A DNA stretch of 32,000 nucleotides from Candidatus Hermodarchaeota archaeon (GTDB lineage: Archaea > Asgardarchaeota > Heimdallarchaeia > Hodarchaeales > Hodarchaeaceae): assembly GCA_048886185.1 (NCBI GenBank), contig JBHLKY010000001.1:180001-212000 (forward strand), in the 5' to 3' direction. Every line of letters begins with the position of its first letter. Position 1 is the first letter of the stretch. The notes beneath the pieces were generated by a model. That model was not told the DNA's origin. It did no database searches and was given only the letters and a program-made list of their open reading frames with translations. This document shows, piece by piece, positions 16,885 through 25,400 of this stretch. Both the position numbers and the translations under genes were made by a program.

Positions 16885-17427
16885 TCATGGTTCCAATTGC
16901 TGTAAATATTTGATATACCATTTTCCAAGGATTTCCCAAATTTTCGCGACATTTTCTCCTGTACGTTCATCAACAGTGATATAGTTGATATTTGATTTAT
17001 GTTTTCGATTCATCTCGTTTGAATAATTATGAATTTCTTCATCAGTAATGTATTCACTAGTCTTCACCCTTCTATGGATGTTTATTCCTACAATTACTAT
17101 TGGAATTGATTTTTCCAAGCCATTATAAAGCCAAATCTCATTTAACCATGAGGAAAGGTTATGGAAGGTTTCTAAGTCAAGAACATCAAATACAATAATT
17201 GCTCCAAGTGCTCCATAATAATATCTTCTTCTTTCAACTCTGAACATGGGGTCAAGTGATAATTGCCAAACTTGGAATTGAAAGGTGTTACCACCTATAT
17301 TTATTATTTTAAAAGCAAAATCTCCCTCTATTAGTGTAAAATCGCTCTTATATACCTCCCCATAAAATTTTAGGATTTCTGCTTTCTTGATATTACCAAT
17401 CATAATTATTTTCATGGGGAAAGACAT
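16885..17427 (-). CDS. Rab-like small GTPase fold protein with degenerate G1/G3/G4/G5 motifs (pseudo-GTPase)
   Basis: MKIIMIG, IEGDFAFKII, FQFQVW, FRVERRRYYYGALGAIIVFDV, TFHNLSSWLNEI, IPIVIVG, TGENV match the Rab scaffold. GxxxxGKS/T, DxxG, NKxD and SAK are all absent. Confidence 0.8.
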   Translation of the reverse strand: MSFPMKIIMIGNIKKAEILKFYGEVYKSDFTLIEGDFAFKIINIGGNTFQFQVWQLSLDPMFRVERRRYYYGALGAIIVFDVLDLETFHNLSSWLNEIWLYNGLEKSIPIVIVGINIHRRVKTSEYITDEEIHNYSNEMNRKHKSNINYITVDERTGENVAKIWEILGKWYIKYLQQLEP

Positions 17428-17430
17428 TTT

Positions 17431-17859
17431 TTACACTTCTATTATAGAATGAAGGTGATAACGGGCAAACCATACGAGTAGAACTCCTCCACCAATAGTT
17501 GCCACAAGGTTGATAGGAATAGCTAAAAGATCATATTCATAGATTCCTTGTTGTAAATTGAAAGATATATCAATTAATCCTAGAAAAACTAAGGCTCCAC
17601 CTGCTGCAGCTGCAAAAAATGATCCATACGATTTCCCCGTTAAGATGCCATATGCAGAAATCAGTAATAAAATAACAATCCAAGTATCAGCCACAGGAAA
17701 AGCTGATTCAAAAGCTAGGTAAGTTTCAAACAATGGATCGGGAAGAGAAGACTTCAATAAATCGAGAAACCAGCCTATCCAAAATCCAATTATTAATAGG
17801 GCTCCAATTATTTCAAGATAAGCAACATAAATATCATTTTTTGGGTATTCTTTTTTCAT
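17431..17859 (-). CDS. Hypothetical membrane protein (~4 TM helices)
   Basis: 142 aa with four hydrophobic segments; SD-like GGAG upstream; tightly packed in the operon. Confidence 0.75.
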   Translation of the reverse strand: MKKEYPKNDIYVAYLEIIGALLIIGFWIGWFLDLLKSSLPDPLFETYLAFESAFPVADTWIVILLLISAYGILTGKSYGSFFAAAAGGALVFLGLIDISFNLQQGIYEYDLLAIPINLVATIGGGVLLVWFARYHLHSIIEV

Positions 17860-17882
17860 AAATTACATCTCCATCAAATAGT

Positions 17883-18872
17883 CTATAATCCATAGAACAT
17901 TTCAGTTGCTTTTATGGTCAAATTTTCAGAAAGCAATCGTTTCATTAGAATTGCTCCATAGGTTTGTAAGTGGTTACCTACTTTATAATGAGCTTTTGGA
18001 CGTTTAGCTTCGATGATTTTTTCAATTTTTTTCGAAACTATTATCGGAGGAGGACTTATGATAAGATTTTGGATAATTGTTCTCCAAGCCTTTTTTGCTT
18101 CCTTAAAATATGGAGATTCTGATGATACAGGGATTAGGTCTATCATTTCTGCAATATCTTCGGATGAAATATCCATTTCACAATGATGAAGCTTAGTTGT
18201 ATTTGCATCAAATGGGGTGTTAATATCCCCTGGAAGAAGCGATGACACTCGAATATTAAAAGGTTTTAATTCTGTTCTAAGACTTTCTGTTAATCTTAGT
18301 ATTGCAGCTTTACTTGCCGAGTAATGCCCTTGGAAAGGAATACATATGACCCCTGCAAGTGAGGAGGTATTAATAATCTGGCCTGATTCTCGTGATCGCA
18401 TTCTTGGTATTATCGCTTGCAGGATACGAACTAAACCAAAAAAATTGACTTCAAATTGGTATTGTGCTTTATCTAAAGACAATTCTTCGACAGGACCAAA
18501 AAATCCATTCCCTGCATTATTAATCAATGTATCAATTTCTTCTGAGGATTCTAGGTTCTGTATTGCTTGCTTTACAGATTCAGTTTTACTCATGTCCATA
18601 GATATATATTGAATTTCTTCTATAATCCTATCTAAATTGTCAAGTATACTGACAGGAGCTCGTATTTTTCCAGGTTCAATTTTTGTTTTTGCTTTGTTTG
18701 TGTACTTAAATTTCGTATGATCTATAAGAAATCGATTTTTTAATAGATTTTTATTAATTTCTTCTGGTTTTCGGGAGGTTCCAATTATTTTATAACCCTT
18801 TGAAGCCAAATAAATAGCGTGTGATAATCCCAGACCTGAAGATGCACCAGTTATCAAAATTCTTTTAGACAC
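17883..18872 (-). CDS. Short-chain dehydrogenase/reductase (classical, probably NADP(H)-preferring) with an internal insertion
   Basis: TGASSGLG, GTSRK, LINNAG, NTSSLAG, YSASK; GTG start with GGAG SD. Confidence 0.92.
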   Translation of the reverse strand: MSKRILITGASSGLGLSHAIYLASKGYKIIGTSRKPEEINKNLLKNRFLIDHTKFKYTNKAKTKIEPGKIRAPVSILDNLDRIIEEIQYISMDMSKTESVKQAIQNLESSEEIDTLINNAGNGFFGPVEELSLDKAQYQFEVNFFGLVRILQAIIPRMRSRESGQIINTSSLAGVICIPFQGHYSASKAAILRLTESLRTELKPFNIRVSSLLPGDINTPFDANTTKLHHCEMDISSEDIAEMIDLIPVSSESPYFKEAKKAWRTIIQNLIISPPPIIVSKKIEKIIEAKRPKAHYKVGNHLQTYGAILMKRLLSENLTIKATEMFYGL

Positions 18873-18875
18873 TTG

Positions 18876-19772
18876 TCAATCTCCATCTTTTTTTCTGTAG
18901 AAATCAGAGAGATCATATTGTTTCCACGGACGAGTAAAGGGGATATCAGGCAGTTGTTCCTCATGTTGCATTTCTCGTTCAAAGTAATAATAGAGAGAAG
19001 CTTCTCCAACTAAATGCATACCACCTGTAACAGGGATAACTGTTCCAGTTACCCATTCTCCTAAATCAGATACTAAAAACGTGATCACTTTTGCAACATC
19101 TTTAGGTTGACCAAACCGGCCACGAGGAATCTGTCGAATTAATGCTTGTGCTAGATCTGGTAAATCCAACGGTTCTTTCATCAATGGCGTGACAATGGTT
19201 CCTGGACGAATAGCATTTACATTTATACCAAATGGAGCAAACTCTAGAGCTAAAGCACGCGTCAAACCTGAAATACCAGCTTTACTTGTAGCATAAGCAG
19301 CGAGTCCAACAACAGGAATTTCATCATTTATACTCGACACGTTGACAATTCGGCCTTTCACACCTTTCTCGACCATAACACGACAAACAGAATAACACAT
19401 AAGATGCGTTCCTTTTAGATTTGTATTAAGGGTCCAATCCCACTCCTCTTCGATTAAATCTAAATAGCTAGAAAGGCCACCTACCCCTGCACAGTTAACA
19501 AGCACATCTATTGTTTGAAATGTTTGGAGTGTTTCCTCAACCAAGGTTTTTACTTGATCAGATTGCGAAACATCTAATTGGTGAAATAAGCATTCTCTCC
19601 CACTTTTTTCTAAGTTATTTTCTAAATTCTCCCCTAATTCCTCATCTAGATCAGCGATAACTACTTTCATACCAAAGTCAGTAAATTGATTCACAACTGC
19701 AGCCCCAATGCCAGAAGCTCCTCCAGTCACTATTGCAACCTTATTTTTTAATTTTAAGACATCCATTAGCAA
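18876..19772 (-). CDS. Short-chain dehydrogenase/reductase, FabG/glucose-dehydrogenase-like (NAD(H)-preferring); likely start ATG 19766
   Basis: TGGASGIG, acidic IADLD, VNCAG, NVSS, YATSK, NAIRPG, P-x-GRFGQP-x-DVA. Confidence 0.93.
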   Translation of the reverse strand: MLMDVLKLKNKVAIVTGGASGIGAAVVNQFTDFGMKVVIADLDEELGENLENNLEKSGRECLFHQLDVSQSDQVKTLVEETLQTFQTIDVLVNCAGVGGLSSYLDLIEEEWDWTLNTNLKGTHLMCYSVCRVMVEKGVKGRIVNVSSINDEIPVVGLAAYATSKAGISGLTRALALEFAPFGINVNAIRPGTIVTPLMKEPLDLPDLAQALIRQIPRGRFGQPKDVAKVITFLVSDLGEWVTGTVIPVTGGMHLVGEASLYYYFEREMQHEEQLPDIPFTRPWKQYDLSDFYRKKDGD

Positions 19773-20207
19773 TCATTCCTTAATGGTAGACAGGTTGGAA
19801 TAATCACCATGAAATTCTACAGGGATACTAGCAAGAATTTCAATCCACTTAATCGTGCTATCTGAAGTACGTAGAAGCTTGACTAGCCCCCCTTTTTTGA
19901 GTTTAAGCTTTCGCATTGTCAGAGCTTTTGTCGCGCCAAGTTCTTGGCGAAGTATTCTAACCCAGTTTCCATATTTTCCAGTAATTACAAATTCAGTATC
20001 CTTCTCCCCTTCCCATATGTCTTCTATAACCCCATTGTTTTCTCTATATCCAATGCGTATTGTTTCATTAACATTCTTTTTCGGTTCTGGTTCTAAAATG
20101 AAAGTGAAGGATTTAATTCCTTCTCCCCTTGTCATTTCAAGATATTCTTCATTCCCATTAACTCGTTTTTGAATTTCCAATAAATGCTCTTTACTTCCTA
20201 ACATCAT
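19773..20207 (-). CDS. SCP2 sterol/lipid-binding domain protein
   Basis: VNGNEEY, EFVITGKYGNWVRILRQELGATKALTMRKLKLKKGGLVKLLR match the SCP2 pattern (W-x-x-I-L...A-L...KLKL-x-G); SD GGAGG at 20218-20222. Confidence 0.78.
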   Translation of the reverse strand: MMLGSKEHLLEIQKRVNGNEEYLEMTRGEGIKSFTFILEPEPKKNVNETIRIGYRENNGVIEDIWEGEKDTEFVITGKYGNWVRILRQELGATKALTMRKLKLKKGGLVKLLRTSDSTIKWIEILASIPVEFHGDYSNLSTIKE

Positions 20208-20458
20208 GAGAAGTAACCTCCTTAATACATAGTAAAAAATTAATGTGGATTAAGAAACTTTGAATCTTTTAATGAATTTCTATTGTTTTTATTTATGGAA
20301 CCAATGTCTTAATTATTCTCAAAGGATTCTGTTTTAAACATTTAGAGCGTAGGTTTATTATTCAATGAATTCACAAAGTTAAACAGCAAGAGAAAAGTAT
20401 AACTAGAAATAATGGCATTTTTGCCTTTCCCCTACTTAAAATAATTTGTGAAATACTT

Positions 20459-21007
20459 ATGAAAGCTCCAATTATCGTTGTAGAATATAATTCACAATGG
20501 CCATCTATCTTTGAGAAGGAAAAACGACTTATTCTTACTGCAATTGGGAATAAGATCATACAAATCGAACATATTGGTAGTACTGCCGTTCCAGGATTAG
20601 GAGCTAAACCAATAATTGATATAATGGTTGGAGTCAGGAAATTAGTTGAAATAAAAGACCTTATTAAACCAATGATTGATTTGGGGTATGAGTACATAAA
20701 AGAACATGAAAAAGAGATACCAGAAAGACGATTCTTTACAAAGCGATCCAAATATAAAGGGAGTACACATCATCTTCATATGGTTGAAATAACAAGTGAA
20801 TTCTGGAGAAGACACCTAATTTTTCGTGATTATCTTCGATTTAATCCCGATACTGCTGAAAAATACTACAAATTGAAAAAGAACTTGGAAACAAAGTACC
20901 GAAATCATCGTGAAGCTTACACTGAAGCAAAAACTGTCTTTATTCAGTTAATTATTGAAAGGGCATTTTCACAATTAAGTGATTCAGCTCAGTTTATTCT
21001 AGATTAA
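20459..21007 (+). CDS. GrpB/UPF0157 family protein (nucleotidyltransferase-like fold)
   Basis: YNSQWPSIFEKE, IEHIGSTAVPGLGAKPIIDIMV, HHLHM, HLIFRDYLR, YTEAKT. Confidence 0.95.
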   Translation: MKAPIIVVEYNSQWPSIFEKEKRLILTAIGNKIIQIEHIGSTAVPGLGAKPIIDIMVGVRKLVEIKDLIKPMIDLGYEYIKEHEKEIPERRFFTKRSKYKGSTHHLHMVEITSEFWRRHLIFRDYLRFNPDTAEKYYKLKKNLETKYRNHREAYTEAKTVFIQLIIERAFSQLSDSAQFILD

Positions 21008-21076
21008 TCAGAATGGGAAAAAAATATCCTTGACTGTGATATATAGTTAAATTCCTCTAAATTAAATGATATCAAT

Positions 21077-22336
21077 TCATAATTGCAGATATTTGTTTCC
21101 AAAAGTTCGTAAGGCTTCTTGAAATATTCTTAAGGGAGCAGAAGTTAAACCTGCACCAATTTGCCCAATTCCAGCTTCTTTATGAGCGATGCCAGTATTG
21201 ATTAGAGGTGGTTCGTTCAATTCAACAACTTTTCTAATATCAATTCCTGTTGGAGTTCCACGAAAATTAAGACTTGGAATGGTAAATGAAGCACTCGTAC
21301 CAGCTGTAATTTCATACATTCGTTCCGTTCGCGAAAGGGCATCAGAGGAATTTCCTCCAACAAAAGAGACAATCGCTGGAGAAGCTGCCATTGCAAAGCC
21401 ACCAATCCCAATCACTTCGGAAATCGTAGAATCACCTAAATCAGGACAAGCGTCCATATTAGAATAACCAGGAAAAAATAGTCCATCTACCATTGGTGCT
21501 GGTGCTGTGAACCATTCTCGTCCTAAATCAGAGACTTGAATACCGATATCTGTACCATTACGAGCCATAGCAACCACTAAGGAGCAATATTCAATATCAC
21601 GAGCCGCATCAGCAATTAATTTTGAATGAGGCATAGAGAGATTTAAATTAAAGATATCAGCATTCTCTTTCAGGAAGATAAATACTTCCTTTGCTGTAGC
21701 AGCATCTACCGTGTCTATTAGATGGGGAGTGATTTCACTCATGAACAGATAAGTACCAGAGCGATTTCGATTGTGAGCTTCGTCACCCATGTGTAAGGAC
21801 TCCGAAATAATAGCTCTAATGTCAATTCCGTTGGTATGATTTATTGCTTTTTTCAAAGTTGGAGCTAAAACCTCTTTCATCCAATTGAGTCGCTTTAACA
21901 CCTCAGGCCCCCATCCTCCAAAACGTAAGACCTTTCCTCGTCCTTCATTTAAGGTACAATAGGATTTTTTTCCAGTCCTTTTATCCTCTACAACAAAAAC
22001 AGGTTGGTGTGGTGCTGTGATTCCTGTCATTGGTCCTACAGCATCATGATCATGATTACAGTCAAATTTAATATCACCAGACGCGCCAAGATTATAACCT
22101 TCTTCAATGTTATTTGCTAATCCTTCATACACAAGAATTCCTGCGATTGCTCCTTGCATGGGTCCACACATCCGATTCCACTCAACAGGCGGCCCAGCAT
22201 GAAGAATGGTGTGGTTGTCCATTCTAGGAATAATATTCAGTGCATTTAATTCAATATCGACTAAGAATGGTTGAACTTCCGCCATACGATGTAAAGCTTG
22301 CTTATTTGCATCTTCAATCTTCTTCTTGATATTCAT
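21077..22336 (-). CDS. DUF1116 family protein (YlbE/YahG/AllG-like)
   Basis: ILHAGPP, CNHDHDAVGPMTG, NEGRGKVLRFG, MGDEAHNRN, MARNGTDIGI, PDLGDSTISE, INTGIAHKEAGIGQIGAG. Confidence 0.93.
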   Translation of the reverse strand: MNIKKKIEDANKQALHRMAEVQPFLVDIELNALNIIPRMDNHTILHAGPPVEWNRMCGPMQGAIAGILVYEGLANNIEEGYNLGASGDIKFDCNHDHDAVGPMTGITAPHQPVFVVEDKRTGKKSYCTLNEGRGKVLRFGGWGPEVLKRLNWMKEVLAPTLKKAINHTNGIDIRAIISESLHMGDEAHNRNRSGTYLFMSEITPHLIDTVDAATAKEVFIFLKENADIFNLNLSMPHSKLIADAARDIEYCSLVVAMARNGTDIGIQVSDLGREWFTAPAPMVDGLFFPGYSNMDACPDLGDSTISEVIGIGGFAMAASPAIVSFVGGNSSDALSRTERMYEITAGTSASFTIPSLNFRGTPTGIDIRKVVELNEPPLINTGIAHKEAGIGQIGAGLTSAPLRIFQEALRTFGNKYLQL

Positions 22337-22363
22337 TTCAAATCTTTCCAGAAATCAATGGAT

Positions 22364-22534
22364 TCAGAGTAGTTGTTCCAAAATAGAAATGAGTTCAGGA
22401 TCCCCTTGAGCTGGGGGTTCCCATTTAACATGGATAGTAAGAATCCCTTGCGCATTGCCTGCCTCATAAAATGATTTTAACCCAATGTTAATAATTTTCG
22501 GTCCATCTGATAACAATTCACTTAATTTACTCAT
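22364..22534 (-). CDS. Small 56-aa protein matching the C-terminal segment of E. coli FdrA (not in the ORF track)
   Basis: Manual translation: MSKLSELLSDGPKIINIGLKSFYEAGNAQGILTIHVKWEPPAQGDPELISILEQLL*. Contains the INIGL-x-SF...W-x-P-x-A-x-G pattern. AGGTG SD at 22542-22546; fills the gap between fdrA and DUF1116. Confidence 0.85.
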   Translation of the reverse strand: MSKLSELLSDGPKIINIGLKSFYEAGNAQGILTIHVKWEPPAQGDPELISILEQLL

Positions 22535-22556
22535 TTCATAACACCTTATATTCTAA

Positions 22557-24125
22557 TTAGATTATTTCACCTCTTGTTGCAATAAGAGCAGCTAATCGTG
22601 CGGCCTGAGCATTGGTTGGCATGATATATACTCCCAGCTCTCTCAGCTCAGATTTTATTTCCTTAATATCTTGAGGATCGAGTTCAGTTCCACAAATGTG
22701 TGTAACTATAGGAACTCTTCGTGTTTGTGCTTTCCATTTGGAGAACGCATCTCGCATATTAGCAATGGGGTTTTCATGAGCAGAAAAACCTGTGATAAAA
22801 TCTATTAAAATAACAGCAGTTTCAGGGTCATTTATTTCTTCTAAAAATCTTATTATACGTTCAGTTTGATCAATCATTGGATGGGGTTTTCCAACTGTAA
22901 ATTCATCCGCCCCCATATCAATCAATGTATGTTCCTCACTTTTTTTAGGATTTCTAATCAGTTTGGTTTCCTTTAATCGTACATTTGTCCATACTGAATC
23001 AGAGGAGGGTAAAATATTTGAGATAATTAATGCAGCCTCGTAAGTAAACGTTCCCCCAGCAAACAAACCACGAATATACTTTTGTTTTGAGGTTAATCTT
23101 GATTTAGCTTCTGTTAAAAGATATTTTATTTTAAGCTCATCATCAAAAACTACTGGAATCCTTTGAAGTTCTTTAGATTGGATGTATTGTGATGCAGAAA
23201 GAGCAGCTTCTTCTAAAGTTTCAACTGTGAGAGTCTTCTGAGGAATGTCAAAGTACCCCGCTTTTTTTCCAAGGAAGTTTATGATCACTGGTTTTGAACA
23301 ATGTTGGATTTCTGTTAATATTTTTTGAAGGGTCAAATCATCTGGTGGTTTTGAGATAACAATAATCAATTTAATGGATGGATCACGGTCAAGCTCATGT
23401 ATTCCATCAATCATTGAGATACCACCAACAATATCTTTTATGTCTCGTGACCCTGTTCCAATGGCATGAGTAACTCCAACACCTCTGTGATGACATAACA
23501 CCATAACTTCTTGTGTTCCTGTTCCAGAGGCTGCAACAATACCAATTGGTCCTGGAAGGACTACATTGGCAAATCCTAATCCTATGTTTTTGATCATGCC
23601 AGTTCCACAATCAGGTCCCATTATTATTAATCCTTTCTCATGAGCATAGCTTTTTAGAGCAACTTCATCCTCTATAGAAACATTATCGGAGAATAAGAAC
23701 ACATTGAGATTTTGTTCTAATGCCAATCGAGCCTCTCGTGCTGCAAATTCCCCAGGTACAGAAATTACTGCTAAATTAGCATTAACTAGACCTGAAAGCG
23801 CCCCTCGTATTGATCTATATGTAGTAACTCCGTTTGTTGGAGACATCACCTCTTGGGATAAAAAGTCAATTATGTATTGAATTGCTATCGTACCACTGGT
23901 TTCTGTTTCTGCCTGAACAGATATAATGATATCATTAGGCCCTGCATTTAATGCTTCGGAAGTAAGAAGATTTACTTCTTCCAATAGGGATTTATTCTTT
24001 GGAGTACCCATAAGAACTGAAGCTATCTCAACTCCCTCCAATTTGTTTGCTGTTGAAGCTGCACGCATTAATTGGACTGAATCACGATATTCTTGTCTGA
24101 TAAGATGTGTTCTTACAACAGTCAT
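22557..24125 (-). CDS. fdrA: FdrA/YahF family protein (succinyl-CoA synthetase alpha-like; AllF-like)
   Basis: YRDSVQLMR, MGTPKNK, ISVPGEFAA, NVFLFSDNV, IMGPDCGT, IVAASGTG, HAIGTGSRD, IRGLFAGGT, DMGADEFTVGKPHPMID, ICGTELDPQ. Confidence 0.92.
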   Translation of the reverse strand: MTVVRTHLIRQEYRDSVQLMRAASTANKLEGVEIASVLMGTPKNKSLLEEVNLLTSEALNAGPNDIIISVQAETETSGTIAIQYIIDFLSQEVMSPTNGVTTYRSIRGALSGLVNANLAVISVPGEFAAREARLALEQNLNVFLFSDNVSIEDEVALKSYAHEKGLIIMGPDCGTGMIKNIGLGFANVVLPGPIGIVAASGTGTQEVMVLCHHRGVGVTHAIGTGSRDIKDIVGGISMIDGIHELDRDPSIKLIIVISKPPDDLTLQKILTEIQHCSKPVIINFLGKKAGYFDIPQKTLTVETLEEAALSASQYIQSKELQRIPVVFDDELKIKYLLTEAKSRLTSKQKYIRGLFAGGTFTYEAALIISNILPSSDSVWTNVRLKETKLIRNPKKSEEHTLIDMGADEFTVGKPHPMIDQTERIIRFLEEINDPETAVILIDFITGFSAHENPIANMRDAFSKWKAQTRRVPIVTHICGTELDPQDIKEIKSELRELGVYIMPTNAQAARLAALIATRGEII

Positions 24126-24149
24126 TCTTTGTTCACTTAGGAAATCTAC

Positions 24150-25400
24150 TTATTCGTATACCTTCTCTTCTTCAAATTCTCCCCCAACTGCATCTTGTTC
24201 TACATCTCGGGGACTTTTTTCCGAAGCTCGATTCAAAAACTCCTGATAATATTCATGTTGAATCAGGAGATTCATGATTTCATTAGTTCCTGTCCAAATA
24301 CTCATCAATCGAATGTCTCTAAGTAATCGTTCAACAGGATAGATGTTTGTATATCCAATTCCTCCCATAATTTGCATAGCATGATTAATAATTTCCCAGG
24401 CTGCATCAGTTGAAAATTTTTTACTTTCAGAGACCATGCGACGAATTTCTCCATTGGTTATACCCCCATTGGTGTCTATTGTTTGTGAGGTTGAGAAAAT
24501 TAGAGATCGCGCTGCATCAAGTAAAGTGATGCTATCTGCAAGTTTGAAGCTCACACCTTGAAATCTTCTTATTAGTTGTCCGAATGCTTTTCTACGATTA
24601 CTATATTTAGCTGCAACTTCTATACCAGCTCTTGCTGCCCCAATAGCACCTGCAGCACTAGTCATTCGCTCTGGAATCATCATCTGGTCAAAAATCTCCC
24701 CTCCTTGATTGAGATCACCAACCAAATTTTCTTCTGGTACTTCAACATTATTAAAGTTCAACCTTCCTGTCCCTCCTCCACGACTGCCCATTAAGCCATA
24801 AACATGTTTAACTTCTACTTCAGGACCACGCTCTACAATAAACGTGCTAATTGACTTTCTGGGATCTGAAGCTGTTGAATTGGTCTTAGCATAGACAAGA
24901 AATATATCAGCTCCTTCCGATCCCACCACAAAACGCTTCTGTCCGTTGAGGATGTATAGGTCTCCCTTTTTTTCTGCAAAACAGGTGGCACCAAAAAAAT
25001 CTGATCCCCCACGGGGTTCGGTGAGGGCTTCAGCACAAAATAACTTCCCTTGTATTATTGGTTTTAGGTATTTCTCCTTTTGGATTGGATTACCAAATTG
25101 ATTTATCGCTTCTCCCACAATACTAATTAGAGAGTATAAGCACCCTAAACTTGGCCCAAGCACACCAATTTCTTCTAGAGCTGCTGTTTCTGCAACCCAT
25201 CCTAAATCTTGACCTTCATATTCAGATGGAAACCTAACTCCTAGTAATTTTTCTTTTGCTAAACTTTTAACATATTCTGTTGGATAATGAACCTCTTCTT
25301 GATCCATTTTACGAAGAAGAGATGAAGGAACGCCTTTAACAAATTCTCTAGTTCGATATTTCAGTTCTTTTTCGCTTTCATTCAGCAAGACATCAAACAT
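24150..25400 (-). CDS. Acyl-CoA dehydrogenase (start reassigned to ATG 25400)
   Basis: [71 protein letters not shown] lies just upstream of ATG 25400, inside the ORF-track extension. Confidence 0.95.
   Translation of the reverse strand: MFDVLLNESEKELKYRTREFVKGVPSSLLRKMDQEEVHYPTEYVKSLAKEKLLGVRFPSEYEGQDLGWVAETAALEEIGVLGPSLGCLYSLISIVGEAINQFGNPIQKEKYLKPIIQGKLFCAEALTEPRGGSDFFGATCFAEKKGDLYILNGQKRFVVGSEGADIFLVYAKTNSTASDPRKSISTFIVERGPEVEVKHVYGLMGSRGGGTGRLNFNNVEVPEENLVGDLNQGGEIFDQMMIPERMTSAAGAIGAARAGIEVAAKYSNRRKAFGQLIRRFQGVSFKLADSITLLDAARSLIFSTSQTIDTNGGITNGEIRRMVSESKKFSTDAAWEIINHAMQIMGGIGYTNIYPVERLLRDIRLMSIWTGTNEIMNLLIQHEYYQEFLNRASEKSPRDVEQDAVGGEFEEEKVYE

Noticed and set aside
22397-22421. GC-rich hairpin-like sequence GGATCCCC...GGGGGTTCC
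   Set aside because: Explained by the codons of the conserved WEPPAQGDP motif of the small FdrA-tail ORF; the stem is mismatched.
10729-25400. Many neighbouring genes are in the same frame across a stop (7 of 12 close co-directional junctions in the window), suggesting stop-codon reassignment
   Set aside because: The stops involved are both TAA and TGA, TGA ends clearly complete proteins, most downstream genes have their own SD, and the excess over one third is not significant (binomial p about 0.07). There is no evidence for an alternative genetic code or selenocysteine.
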